From Azolla caroliniana (lineage: Eukaryota; Plantae; Polypodiophyta), in assembly GCA_043228905.1 (NCBI GenBank), contig JBHGNT010000013.1, positions 8,494,001-8,558,000 on the forward strand: 64,000 bases of DNA, in the 5' to 3' direction. Position numbers and translations under genes: made by a program. The notes beneath the pieces are model-generated. The model saw only the letters and a program-made list of their open reading frames with translations. It was not told the DNA's origin and made no database searches. Below, piece by piece: positions 49,373-63,600 of the stretch. Position 1 is the stretch's first letter. Each line of letters opens with the position of its first letter.

Positions 49373-52300
49373 ATTTGTTCGGGTCGGTTCGCGCTGATAC
49401 CGGATCCTTCTGTCGGTTTTCCGGGATAGTCTTTGTCAGTAACGGTGTCGGTTCTTCCTCGGTCCGGATATCTGCAGCAGCGTCTGTTGGTGTCGGTTCC
49501 TCATCGTGCCGGATTTCCAGGTTTTGCTTGAACGGGTTGGATGGCATATTTCCCTTATACGGCTTTAGCCGAAACCCATTTGCCCACTTACCGATGACTT
49601 CTCCAGACAACGTGCCGAGCTGATACGACCCATTATACTCCTTGGTGATCCAGAACGGTCCGGTCCACCGAAACCGTAACTTTCCCCGCATGTTCCCCAT
49701 CCGTGTCTGGAACAGTAGCACCGGTTTCCTGACTTCGAACTCCTTTTCGTTGCCACGCCGGTGTCGGTCCACAAAAGCTTTTCTCCTCCTTTGATCCAGT
49801 TCGAGTTGTAGTAAGCTGGCTATTCGGTTTTCTTCTAATTCCAACAACGTCGCCAGCCGGATTCGTTCGGACTCCTTCTCACTTAAGCGCTCCTTTACCT
49901 GGATCCATAAGCTGGGGATCTGGAACTCTACCGGCATGACCGCTTCTAAACTGAATGCTGGTCGGAACGGGGTTGTCCGGATGCTGGTTTTGTACGTTGT
50001 TCGGTACGCCCATAGCGCGCTCTGCAATTTCGTATCCCAGTCGGTCCGGTTCTCGTTGACGATTTTTCGTAGGATGTTCTGCAGAGTTTTGTTCGTCGAT
50101 TCCGCTAGTCCATTGGCTTGAGGGTAGTAGGGAGTACTCCTTTTATGTACCACCGCGTAAAATGACGTCAGGCTTTCTACTACCTGCCCGAGAAAGTGTC
50201 CTCCTTGGTCACTTATAAGCTCGATCGGGCATCCATACCGGCACCATATGCACTCGTACAGGAACTTTGCCGTGGACGCGGCCGTGTTGTCCCGTAAGGC
50301 CTTCGCTTCTACCCATTTGGTGCAATAGTCGGTCGCCACTATGACATACCGATTTCCGGTTCGCATTGCCGGTGGCTTGAAGGGACCGACAAAGTCCAAA
50401 CCCCACTTTTGAAACGGTTCCAATGGCAAAACCGGTTGGTGTGGCATCCGGGCCTGCTCCGTGGGTTGGCCCAGTCGTTGACACAAATCGCATTCTCTGC
50501 TATACTTCACGGCATCTTTTAGGGTGGTGGGCCACCACAGTCCGCTCTGCCATATTTTCCGAGCGGTTGCGTCGCCGGCATAATGCCCGCCGGCAATTCC
50601 ACAATGGGCTTCCCTGAGGATTAGATCCTTCTCATCGCTCCGCACTGCTCGTCTCCAGATGCCATCTTCCCCCTTGTGATAGAGGGTGTCTCCAACCAAG
50701 CAGAAATGTCTGCTTCTTACTGCTACCCTTTTCCTTTCATCGCGGTCCATGTTCTCCGGGGGTACTCCGGTGCTCAGGAACTGATGCATCTCAGTTAGCC
50801 ACGTGTCTTCATCGGCTACCGTTGCATCCGTTGCCGGTTTCGTCGTGATCCGGAACAACTCGGCGTCGGGGAACTCATCCTGGACGCCGTCCCCTGCTTC
50901 TCCGGATTCGAGTCTGCTTAGGTAGTCCGCTACCGCATGCTGCGCCCCGGGTCGGTGGAAAATGTCGAATTCAAATTCCTGTAACAGCAGTGTCCATCAT
51001 GCAATTTTTCCCGTCAGGGATGCCTTCGAGACCAGGTAGAGTAGTGCAGAATGGTCGACATGGAAGGAAAACTTCCTTCCGAGCAGATAGTGCCTGTACT
51101 TTGTGACACTATACACCATTCCTAATGCCTCGCGTTCCGTCGTAGAGTAGTTCCGTTCGGCTTTTGAGAGTTTCCGGCTTGCGTAGTACACCGGTCGGTA
51201 CCATTTCGGCTTCGTGAGTTGCATCAGAACGCTGCCGATTGCTACGTCCGACGCGTCGACGAAGACGTGAAAGCTTTTACTCCAATCCGGCGGTTGCACC
51301 ACCGGAGCTTGCGACAGCATAACCTTCAACGCTTGGTAGGCTTCCTCCTCCGTCTCCGCCCATAGGAAGGGTACCCTGTGTACGGCGGTATGCAATGGTG
51401 TAGCGAAGTCTACGAGGTGCCGTATCATCCGGCTATGCCACCTTATTTGGCCCAGGAACCGGCTTAAAGCCTTTGCGTTATTTGGTGCTGGTGCCTCGAG
51501 AATTGCCTTTACTTTATCCGGATCTACCGCGATTCCTTCCTTACTCACCACGTGCCCTAGTAAGTTGCCGCTTGCCACTCCAAAGACGCACTTGGCCGGG
51601 TTCAGACTCAACCGGTACTCGCGGCACTTCTCCAAGCACAGCCGGAGGTGATTGAGATGCTCTCCGTGACGGCTGTAGACCGCGAAATCGTCAAGGAAGA
51701 CCTGCATAAAACCGGGGATATATTCCCCGAAAATTTCCACTATTATCCTTTGAAAGGTCGTTGGGGCCGTCTTTAGTCCGAACATCATCACGACCGCGAC
51801 GAACACTCCCCATTCCGTAACGAACGTTGTCTTCTCCTGGTCGGCCGGGTTCATTCGTATTTGGTTGTAGCCGCTAAATCCATCCAGGAAGCTGTAAACT
51901 TCGTGGCCGGCTACCGCATCTAACACCCCGTCCGTAAATGGTAGTGGAAACGCATCGGTCACTGTTGCGGCATTTAGTTTGCGGTAGTCCACGCATACCC
52001 GGATTTTGCCGTTCTTTTTCGGGACCACCACTATCGGACTCAGCCAGGTTGCCTGCTTGACCGGTCGGATAAATCCGACCCGGAGGAGCTTATCAATCTC
52101 CTCCTTCATCTTCGCCGCATAATTCGGTTTCATCCGGTACCTGCGTTGAGCGATCGGTTTCGCATCCGTACTTAGGTGAATTTGGTGCTGATAGAGCTGG
52201 GGGTCCAGCCCTCGCATGTCTTCGTACGACCACGCGAACACATCCTTGAAGTCTGTTAATAATGCTACCATTGCCTTCTTTTCTTCCTTCGGCAATTCCT

Positions 52301-55194
52301 TTGCGACATTTACCAGTCGGGGCTTGTCTGTTGTGCCGAGGTCCACCTCCTCTAGTTGGGATGCTTTTACCCTCTGGGATATCGTCATTTCCCTCTCTAG
52401 GGATTCCTGCGCTTGTCGCAGTTCCCGGATCGCCGCTTGGTCCGGTTCGTCCGGCGTCGTGATGTACGGTTCTACTGCCGCCGTGATATCCACCTCAAAT
52501 AGTGGGACGATTCGTGGGTGTTCCTCGAGGTACCGATCGACTTCCTCGTCCGGTAATCCCTCCAACATGTTGATGCTTTCCGCATACAATGGAGTTGCTT
52601 CCTTACTGGTGATCACCCGTGGTTGCGTCGTTACTCGTACCTTTGTTTTCCCTCGCCGGAATGTGATCATGTTCTTTTGCCAGTTCTACTTGATATGCGC
52701 CGTTCGCAGCCATGGTCGTCCTAGCAGTAGGGGGTACGCGCCTTGTACATTCAGCTGCAGCACCACGGCCGATATCCGGAATACGTGGCCTCCGATTGTT
52801 ACTTCCAAATCCTGGATAAGCCCGGTCGGTCGGACTGAGCTGGTGTCCGCCATGCGTAACCAAAAGGGGCATGGTTCCCATTCCCGGATGCCTAGGTTGT
52901 CGCATGTCTGTCGGCTGATGACATTTACCCCGGAGCCTTCGTCAATAATCGTTCCAACAATTTCCTTTCCTTTCACGATTGCCGTGATCGCCGGGCTACT
53001 TGTATCGACCACAGCTGGTCCTTCCTCCGGGTTGGAGAAGAATGCCGGTGCTGGCGTCGGCTTCGGTTTGCTCACGGATGCCTGTAAGTCTGCCGTAAAC
53101 CGTGGCACCAACTGTAGTAGCCGTGCTAATGGCAGCACGATTTGACAGTCCTGTAGCGCTTGCCACGTCGGGTTTTCTCCTAGCTGTATGATTTCTTCAT
53201 CTTTTGGCATATTTTGGTCTCTTACTTCTGCCGCATTCTATTCATTGGCCTCCTTGATCCATTGCGCTGCTTGTTTTCTGATTGCCTCCTGGGCTTCCCA
53301 CTCGGCGGTCTTTCCCTTTGACCGGGTTGTGACCTGCTGTACTTCTGTTATTTCGGCTGTAACCATGTTGACTGCCGGCTGCTTGTCATTGGTTTTGCTT
53401 GGGCATTGGTTACTATAATGGCCCTCCTTACGGCAGTAATAACAGTACACCTTGTGGCTGTTGCTCGTTTCTCCTTTGTCCCCGGTTTGGAGGGTGGGTA
53501 TACTTCGGCGGTCGTCTTCGGTTTTTCGGTTATCCGGTACCGATACCAGGTTGTCATTCCTTGCTGCCTCCGGACGTTCCTCTCTTCGGAAAAATCCACA
53601 CTTCTGATTCCGTCGGAAATTTCGGTTCCCTTGTCGCCTCTCTTCTCTGCGTCGTTCGTATTCCGGGGATTCGTCTCGGTCGTACCGGTCCCGAGGGTAG
53701 CTATCTCTGCGTTTCTCCTCTCGGTCATAGTTATCGCGTCTTCTATCAGCGTATCTGTTACCGCGTTCGCATTGGTAGCGGTCGTCTCTCCGGAATCGAT
53801 CCTCATCCGGGTTCTGATTGCGCGGTTCTATGTGTCGAACCGGTGATGCCTGCCGATTTAACAGGTTATATTCGCATCGGTCCGTTGTATGGGCTCGAGA
53901 GTTGCAGATCATACATTGTGTCCGCAGGGTGCAGTCTACCGTTGAGTGGCCCGAATTTAGGCATGTTGTGCATTGTAAGGCCTGTCGGAACCTCAGGTCT
54001 TCCTCCTTCGGGAGTGCCCGGTGTAACATCCCCATCGACAAGAAGGAGCTAGTCTTGTCCATTTCTAAGACCCGATCAATAACTTGGTTCATTGTGCTGG
54101 TGCGGAAATCAAGGACTCCGCACATTGTTCGAAGTGGCTCTTTCAGCGTGGCCAAAAAGACTCATTTGGCTTCGTCTTCGGGTGGTGCTCTCGTCAGTTG
54201 GCTGTGCAGGGTCTGAAACCGAATGATGAATTGTGGCACAGTCCCGTTCTCTTCCTGCCGGGTGGTGTAGAACTGCCCGACCAATTCCCTTTGCTCAACT
54301 TGTCTGTGAAAAAGCCTGAGGAATTTGGCCTTCAAGGCATCGAATGTGGCAAAGCTGCCCGGTAAGTGCTTTGCGTGCCATCGGGCCGCCGGTCCTTCTA
54401 AGGTCATGCCGAATTCGGCGACTTTGGATCGTTCGGCTTCGGGCTCCGTCAGTCTTTGGGAGACATGGTTGGCTTCCCATGTTTGGAGGAATGCGTACAC
54501 GTGTGCCTCCGCGTCGGGCTCATCCCGGTACTTTGGGTATGGGTACGGCATCGTGTCGTCCAACTGACTCTCCTGCTTTCTCCGCTCTCTGTCCGCTGTT
54601 GGCGTCGGTGTGAGAACCTTTGGTTCCTCCGCGGTTGGTGCCGGTATCCGCTCCTTCAGTTCCTCCGCGGGTGTTGCCGGTGTCCGGTCCTTTGGTTCCT
54701 CCGCGGGTGTTGTCGGTATCCGCTCCTTCGGTTCCTTCGCGGGTGTTGTCGGTATCCGCTCCTTCGGTTCCTTCGCGGGTGTTGTCGGTATCCGGTCAGC
54801 CTCCCTCGGCGATTGCCGGTCACCGAACTCCAAGGTTATTTCATCCTCTGGCTCCGGTGTTACTGAGTCTTCCGACCCCTCTTCCCCCGGGTCGTTTGGT
54901 GTGTCGTGGCTGCTTTTATACCGGGACGCAACACTTCCGTCGCTTTCCGACTCCCCCGGCGAGCGTCTGTAGTATCGTTTCCGCCTCTTGCAGGCTTGTT
55001 ATGCTACTACCTTCGTCGGGGACTTGCAGAACCCGGAACTGCAGTGCTTCTTCTGCGACTCTCCGAAGAGTTCTGGAGAATGACCGATCTCGCCGGATCT
55101 CGTCGACGGCTTGTTGCAGGGCTTCCCGTCGTTGCTCTCGTTTGGTGTATCGTCTCCCTCGTTTGGTGATGTGGTCGTCGTTTGGTCTAGACAT
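49373..55194 (-). pseudogene. G2 gag-pol (four in-frame stops, one frameshift near the N-terminus)
   Basis: CTTCLNSGHSTVDC, IIDEGSG, VFLDDF, WGLDFVGPF. The last codons and TGA lie at 44121-44097, beyond A2. Confidence 0.93.
54600..54795 (-). repeat. 36-bp coding tandem repeat (~5 copies, RIPTTPAKEPKE) in G2 gag
   Basis: Visible in both DNA and translation. Confidence 0.9.
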
Positions 55195-55886
55195 CCATCC
55201 CCCGGTTGTCCTCTGCACTTTGCAGGAATCGTGGTCGCCAAAATAGTGTTGTCTGCCTGGCCGGACTAGCCTCAACACAGGTGTCTATCCGACACTTCTC
55301 CAAAGGGGTGGTAAGGATTGGATGCTAGGTTACACGCGTAAGATGATTACAATTAAGCACAGACGATAAAACAATACAAAGATACAGATAAACACGCAAT
55401 AATTACTTTTGTATTACTTCCGTCCCGTCTTTACAAATCATCGGATCCTTTTATAGGCATCCGGCAAGGTTACAATCGGTGCGCTTAGGCAACTGGCATC
55501 CGAATCGGTCCGGATCCGTCCCTCCGAATAATAATTATACTATTATTTACTTCCTATTATCCGATCCGACTCCGCCTTCCCACTTGCCCTTGCTCTTCTG
55601 ACCGTCAACACCTTGAATAAGGTCACCATCAGGAATAGGTATGCACTATCAAGTCTTTTAGAACATGTGCCAACTGTTTTACAAAACTCGACTTACAAGG
55701 AGCATATAACCTCGTGCGGATCCGACCGAAGACAAATGGAAGACCACTTTTCGTACCCGATATGGGCACTTTGAGTATATCGTTATGCCGTTCGGTCTAA
55801 CCAATGTGCTCGTAGTCTTCCAGCACATGGAAAATGATATATTCAGAGACCTCTTGGATATCTATTTGATCATCTATCTGGGCGAT

Positions 55887-58800
55887 TGTTGGGATTTCGG
55901 TCCCTCCGGATGGGATGTCCGGAGATGAATGACGGCAAGCCCGGTTGCGGTTACGGAACCGGATGATGAAGAGTACCCGGCATGAAGCCGGATGAAGAGA
56001 CCCCGACTACGGGGCCGGATGCTGTAGACTCCGGCTACGGAGCCGGATGCTGAAGACTCCGGCTACGGAGCTGGATGATGAAGACCCCGGCTACGGAGCC
56101 GGATGACGAATGTACCCGGAGAGAGATCCGGATGCGGGGACATATTTGTGAATATGTTTGCCAAGAGCCCTTGAGGCTATATTTGTAAATAGCCCGAAAG
56201 TCATATGTGTATAAATATGACTTAGGGCAAACAGTTTAAATGTTGTTGCTCATTTTTCTGTGTAAGGTTACTCCTACGTGTGTAAGAGAGTGAAGAGAGC
56301 AGCCGAGAGAAAGAGAGGGAGAGAGAGAGAGAGACGAGGAGGTCGTTGCCTCTGTGTATCACCGCCGCCTGTGGCGAAGACAGTGAACTCAAGGTTGTTG
56401 CCTTGTAGCTTCACCATTGTACATCTCTGTTCATAGTGATAGTTGGAGTTTGAGGACTCCCGTGGTTTTTTCCCATTTAGGGTTTTCCACGTAAACATCC
56501 TGTGTACTCTCCTCCCTATTGTCTTCGTGCATTTTGTATTTCCTGTTTTCTGTGAGTTAATCCTATTCCTCGATTGTGGTCGAGAGCACTGTTTACAACA
56601 AAGTGGTATCAGAGCGACGGTAACACAGAAAATGGAAGGCGGCGGTAGTGGGCCTCCGGGCATGATGGTGTTAAACTCACAGAACTACGCCGATTGGAAG
56701 ATAAAGATGGAAGACCTTCTCATCGTCCGAGACCTGTACGAACCGATCGACAATGCCGAGATACCCAAGGGAGTAATAGAGTCGGAGTGGAAGCTCCTGA
56801 ACCGGAAAGCCGTAGCGACGATCCGGCAATATGTCGATGTAAGCGTCCTACAACATGTGGCGAACGACACCAACGCATATGAGATGTGGAAGAAGCTGTC
56901 GGGCCTCTACGAGAGGAAGAATGCATTGAACCGGACCTCCCTGATGAGGAAGATAGTGAACCTCAAGTACCGGGACGGCGAGAATATGGTGGAACACGTG
57001 AGCACGTTCATGGGATTCGTGAACCAGCTTGCGGCGATCAAGTTCCCGTTGGAGGATGCAATGCAAGCCATCATTCTGATGTGTACATTGCCGGAAAGCT
57101 AGGAGAACTTGGTGGTGACTCTCAGCACCTCCTGCACCGAAGATAACTTGTCTCTACAAACGGTAAAGACAAGCATTTTGAACGAAGAAGCGCGTCGGAG
57201 AGATAAAGAACCGGTTTCCGATCAGAAGATGCTGCTTACCGAATCGGATCGGGGAAGACAATGGAACCGGAGTCCGCAAAGACGGGAGAAGTCTGGGACC
57301 CGGTCGCAGTCAAGAGGAAGGCCAACATGCTTCCACTGTGGGAAGCCGGGGCACTTCCGGAAGAATTGTCGGCATTACCGAAAGGACAACGGAGCCGACG
57401 ACACCGATTCGAAGAAGTCACCGGAGAGAAACGGTGCATACCGGGGAGCCACGGACCGGAGAGGTCCGGATCGGCGAGGGCAGGACCGGAAAGGAACGAC
57501 GGCACTCGCGGCGAGTGAAGAAGAGATAATGCTTATTACCGTTTGAACCTGATCTCGGCCGGGAGGCTAGATGATGAAGGCTACACGGGTAGCATCCGGA
57601 ACGGTGTCATGAAGTTCAGCAAGGGGAGCCTGATAGTGGCTCGGGCCCGGAAGGTCAACACACTGTACCTGATGAATTCCCGGCTATGTCCGGAGGAGCT
57701 GAACGTGGCAGCCGACACTGCCAGTGAGCTGTGGCACAAGAGACTGTGCCACATGAGCGAGAAGGGGATGAAGAGGCTTGCAGAAGACAACCTTATTCCA
57801 GTGAAGCATGTGCATCTGGAGAAGTGCACCGATTGTCTGGCCGGTAAGCAGAACCGAGCCTCCTTCCACTCAAGGCCACCGACGAGACGTAGCGCACCAT
57901 TGGAGTTGGTGCACACTGATGTGTGTCAAGTAGAAACGAAGTCACATGGCGGAGCCCAGTACTTCGTGACATTCATTGATGACCATAGCCGGAAGCTGTG
58001 GACGGCACCGTTGAAGACAAAGGACCAAGTGTTGTGCGTCTTCAAAGAACTCCACGCGAGAGTGGAAAGGGAATCCGGCAAGAAGCTGAAAGCGATACGA
58101 GCGGATAACGGAGGGGAATACCGGGGGCAATTCCAGGAGTACTGTCGCTCGAAGGGAATCCGGCTCGAGTTTACTGTGCCGAAGACGCCGGAACTAAACG
58201 GGCTGGCCGAGAGGATGAACCGGACCATAATGGAGAGGGTCCGGAGTATGCTGGCACATGCGAAATTACCCAAGGGGTTTTGGGCTGAGCCAATGTCGAC
58301 GGCGACATACGTGATAAACAGATCACCCTCAGTACCTTTGGACGGAGACACGCCGCAGAGAGTGTGGACCGGTAGGGAAGTATCCTACCGGCATCTGAAG
58401 GTGTTCGGGTGTCTCGCATACGTGCATGTGGCAAAGGACCGGAGAGGAAAGTTAGATCCAAAGACCCGGCCATGCATATTCCTCGGTTACGGCGACGACG
58501 AGTTCGGCTACCGAGTATGGGACCCGGTCGACAAGAAGATATTCAGGAGTCGTGATATCATCTTCATGGAGAACAAGACACTCGCCGACTGGGAGTCGGA
58601 GAAGAAGATGAAGAGCTCCAAGTCGACCGGCGAGGATAAACTCTACGAGGAGCAGTCCCGACCGGCAAGGGACCGGTTAACACTCGAAGATCCGGCCGAA
58701 GACGGTGAAGAAACAGAACCGGCCGAAGAAGATGAAAATGATACCGGAACCGGCCCCGATCCCGAAATGGATTCGGATGAAGAAGAATCGGAAGAACCGG

Positions 58801-61191
58801 TTACCAAAGCTCCGGAACGGAGATATCCTCTAAGAGAGAGAAGGGCCCCCCGGAGATTTCCGGAACCAGAGCACGTGCTGCTAACCGACGAGGGGGAGCC
58901 GGAGAGCTTTGAAGAAGCAAAACATGACACCCAGAGCCGCAGGTGGTTGAGTGCCATGCAGGACGAGATGGATTCCCTACATGAGAACCACACATATGAA
59001 CTTGTGGAGTTGCCGAAAGGAAAGCGGGCACTTCGAAACAAGTGGGTGTTCAAGCTGAAACCGGGAGATGCCGGAAACCCCCCGAGATACAAAGCCAGGA
59101 TCGTGGTGAAGGGGTTTCAGCAGAAGAAGGGCGTCGACTTCGACGAGATATTTGCCCCGGTAGTGAAGATGACCTCCATCCGGACGGTGCTGAGCATAGC
59201 GGCAAGCATGGACCTCGAGGTAGAACAGATGGACGTGAAGACGGCATTCCTTCACGGTGACCTCGAAGAAGAGATCTACATGCAGCAACCGGAAGGATTC
59301 GAGAAGAAAGGGAAGGAGCACCTGGTATGCCGGTTGAAGAAGAGCCTTTACGGACTGAAGCAGGCTCCCCGGCAATGGTACCGGAAGTTCGACTCCTTCA
59401 TGACCGACGAAGGGTACCTCAAAACGCAGTCCGACCACTGCGTGTTTGTGAAGAAGTTCGAAGGAGGAGACTTTCTAATACTCCTCCTGTACGTGGACGA
59501 CATGTTGATCGTCGGACGGGACCAGGTCAAGATACGGATGCTGAAGAAGGCTCTTCACCGAACCTTCTCAATGAAGGACCTGGGTCCGGCGAGGCAAATA
59601 CTAGGGATGCACATCATCCGGGACCGGAAGAAGAAGCAGTTGTGGCTGTCACAGGAGAAGTACGTGACGAAGGTGCTTCACCGGTTCAACATGTCGGAAG
59701 CAAGACCGGTCGGATCGACCCTCCCGGCAAACTGCAAGCTGTCCAGCAAGCAAAGTCCCAAGACAAAGGCTGAAAAGGAGGATATGATGAAAGTGCCGTA
59801 TGCCTCAGCCGTCGGGAGCTTGATGTACGCCATGGTGTGTACGAGACCGGACATAGGATATGCAGTCGGAGTGGTGAGCCGGTACATGAGCAATCCCGGC
59901 AAAGAGCATTGGAACGCGGCCAAGTGGATACTCCGATACCTGAAGGGCACGGCAAACGTGTGCCTCCGATTCGGCTCCGGCAAGCCCGAACTCGACGGCT
60001 TCACCGATTCGGATATGTCGGCTGATGCAGATACCAGCCGGTCCACATCAGGGTATGTGATGACGTATGCAGGGGGAGCTGTTTCATGGCAGTCGAGACT
60101 GCAGAAGACAGTTGCGTTGTCAACCACGGAGGCGGAGTACATGGCGGCTGTTGAAGCCGGCAAGGAAATAATATGGATGAAGGACTTCATTAGAGAGCTC
60201 GGTATCCGGCAGGAGGAGTACCGACTCTACTGCGATAGTCAGAGTGCCATCCACCTTGCAAAGAACGCGGCCTACCATTCCCGGACGAAACACATCCAGC
60301 GTAGATACCACTGGATCCGGGAAAGGATAGAAGACAAGGAGTTCGTGCTGACGAAGATCCACACGGACGACAACGGGTCGGATATGCTGACCAAGGTGCT
60401 CACACCCGACAAGCTGGAAGCATGCCGGAAGAGGATTGGATTGGAGAGACATCCCATGCCGAAGTGAAGGGGGAGTTTGTTGGGATTTCGGTCCCTCCGG
60501 ATGGGATGTCCGGAGATGAATGACGGCAAGCCCGGTTGCGGTTACGGAACCGGATGATGAAGAGTACCCGGCATGAAGCCGGATGAAGAGACCCCGACTA
60601 CGGGGCCGGATGCTGTAGACTCCGGCTACGGAGCCGGATGCTGAAGACTCCGGCTACGGAGCCGGATGATGAAGACCCCGGCTACGGAGCCGGATGACGA
60701 ATGTACCCGGAGAGAGATCCGGATGCGGGGACATATTTGTGAATATGTTTGCCAAGAGCCCTTGAGGCTATATTTGTAAATAGCCCGAAAGTCATATGTG
60801 TATAAATATGACTTAGGGCAAACAGTTTAAATGTTGTTGCTCATTTTTCTGTGTAAGGTTACTCCTACGTGTGTAAGAGAGTGAAGAGAGCAGCCGAGAG
60901 AAAGAGAGGGAGAGAGAGAGAGAGACGAGGAGGTCGTTGCCTCTGTGTATCACCGCCGCCTGTGGCGAAGACAGTGAACTCAAGGTTGTTGCCTTGTAGC
61001 TTCACCATTGTACATCTCTGTTCATAGTGATAGTTGGAGTTTGAGGACTCCCGTGGTTTTTTCCCATTTAGGGTTTTCCACGTAAACATCCTGTGTACTC
61101 TCCTCCCTATTGTCTTCGTGCATTTTGTATTTCCTGTTTTCTGTGAGTTAATCCTATTCCTCGATTGTGGTCGAGAGCACTGTTTACAACA
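55887..61191 (+). mobile_element. Complete copia family A element A3
   Basis: 714-bp LTRs at 55887-56600 and 60478-61191, near identical. TSD GCGAT/GTGAT (1 mismatch), PBS at 56604. Confidence 0.96.
56632..60467 (+). pseudogene. A3 gag-pol with a stop at 57100 and a ~238-bp frameshifting deletion of the protease core at ~57541
   Basis: Compared with A1, 19198-19435 is missing. Confidence 0.92.
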
Positions 61192-63600
61192 GTGATCTAT
61201 TGATTTATTTGAAGACCCAAGAAGAGCATGATTCTCATGTACTATTAGTACTAAAATGACTCCGAGAGTATGATCTTTATGCCAAACTAGAAAAATGTAG
61301 CTTTGACTGCAAGCAAGTGGAATTTCTAGGCTACGTCATCTCCTCAAAAGGCATCTCCATGGATCCAGGTAAAGTCAAAATTGTGCTAGAGTGGCAAACT
61401 TCACGTTTGTTACGAGATGTGCAATGTTTCCTAGGCTTCGCTAACTTCTACCACAAGTTTATACAAGATTACACGAAGATTATTTTTCCTCTCACACAGC
61501 TTACCAAGAAGGCACAATCATTTCTTTGGTCCAATGAAGCAGACATGGCTTTTATGCATCTTAAGAAAGCCTTTACATCAGCTCCTATTCTAGCTCATGT
61601 GGATACAAACAAACCATTCATCATGGAGGCTGACGCATCAGATTTAACCCTCGGTAGCATCCTTTCACAACAAGGAGATAAAGAAGAGTTACATCCTGTG
61701 GCTTTCCACTCATGCAAGTTTGATGCCGCGGAAATCAACTACGAGATACATGACGAGGAGTTATTAGCCATCGTGGATTCGTTTGTGCAATGGCGGCACT
61801 TCTTAGAGGGCTTTCCTCATCAGGTCATTGTCTTTAGTGATCACAAAAATCTTGCTTATTTCCAGAACGCTCGCATACGAAATCGACAGCAAGCTTGGTG
61901 GGCCCAATTCCTCACGCGTTTTGACTTCAAAATCACATATCGGCCGGGGAAGCAACAAGGAAAACCAGATGCACTATCGCGATGCTCATATCTTGCACCT
62001 CGTCCTAGTGATCCAGTATTTGATAATCAAAAACAGGTAATCTTGGGACCAACACGTTTGCACACAACGCGGATTTTTCACACTCCATTGGATTCCCAGA
62101 TTATTGATGCCATACGTGCGAATTTGAAGACGGACAGTTTTGCTCAAGCCATTCTAACGCAAATTGATGCCTCTCGGGCATCATGTTCCCAGTCTGAACA
62201 ACCAGGTATGGACTACCAACAATTTGAATATCATGATGGTTTATTATTCTTTAAAAAGCTCGTGTATGTTCCCGATTTCTCCTATCGCCTTCAAATGGTC
62301 CAAAATTGTCACGACACCCATACAACTGGACATTTCGGTAGTACTAAGACGTTGGATCTAGTCCAACGATATTTTTGGTGACCCCATATGCGACGTTTTG
62401 TCGACAACTACGTTCGGACCTGTGATGCTTGTTGCTGAGCAAAGATGTCACGACATCATCCATATGGCTTGTTGGAATCCTTACCAATTCCAAGTCATGG
62501 CAATCCATTTTTCTTGATTTTATCACAGATCTTCTAGTCTCGAAGGGCTTCGATGCTATCTTAACCATCATTGACCGTTATACGAAGATGGCACATTTTG
62601 TGCCTTGTACTAAGGCCATCACTAGTGAGGAAACCGCCGCCCTTGTCATGCATGAGGTTTATCGGCATCATGGCCTCCCAGACAATATCATCAGTGACCA
62701 AGGACCACCATTCGTCTCCAAATTTTGGAAGCATCTCTTCAAGATGCTCAAGGTCTCTTGCAACCACTCCTCTGGCTATCATCCCCAAACTGATGGGCAA
62801 GCGGAATGAACAAACTAAACGTTGGAACAATATCTTCGGTGTTTTCTAAGTTATCAACAGGACGATTGGGTTGATATTCTCCACTTTGCAAAGTTTGCTT
62901 ATAATAGCACTATTCACTCCTCCACTCGGATCGCCACATTTTACACTTATACCAGTTCTCATCCTCGTTGGTCTGTGATCGACACTCCGAAGCTACCTAC
63001 CAATCCTCGTGCCAAGGATCATTTGGAGAGGCTATGCAAGATTCAAACGGATCTATCTACTCATCTTAGTCATGCTCAACACACACAGAAGACTTATACA
63101 GATCGTCATCGACTTCCCTCCTCTTTTGCCATCGGACATCGAGTATGGCTCTTGTGTCGTCACATCAAGACTACTCGACCATGTGACAAATTGGATTATC
63201 GACGACTCGATCCTTTCCGTATTACCGGCAAGATTAATGATGTCACGTTCCACCTTGATCTTCCTCCGCACCTTCAGATACATACGGTCTTCCATAGTTC
63301 TCTTCTCGAACCTTATCAAGCCAACAACATTATTCCTGATCGTGTTACACCGCCGCCGCCACCGCTTGAGTTGGACGTCGGCCCGGAGTATGAAGTTGTT
63401 GCCATCCTCAAATCCAAGATTGTTCGCAACAAACTTTATTATTTGGTCGATTGGCTCAGCTATAGTCTGAGTGAACGCACTTGGGAACCTGTCGAGCATG
63501 TCGCCAAAGCTCAGGATCTTCTTGCTGATTTCCAACGACAGTATCCGGATAAAAACCTGGTCCCCAATCAACACCGACTCGTAACACTCATCGTTTTAAC
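61192..63600 (+). pseudogene. Chromovirus RT end, RNase H, integrase and chromodomain (degenerate)
   Basis: EADASD, YHPQTDGQAE, EYEVVAILKSKIVRNKLYYLVDWLSYSLSERTWEP. Confidence 0.93.

Larger units (their letters stand above)
40309..55610 (-). mobile_element. Complete non-chromovirus Ty3/gypsy element G2 with an extra ORF (hosts copia A2)
   Basis: LTRs 55247-55610 and 40309-40696, CCTTG TSD, PBS TGGCGACCACG at 55240-55230. Confidence 0.96.

Noticed and set aside
52216-53145. Long antisense ORFs (this 309-aa one, 42758-43492, 20537-21091 and others)
   Set aside because: They are shadows of GC-rich retroelement coding frames with no independent motifs.
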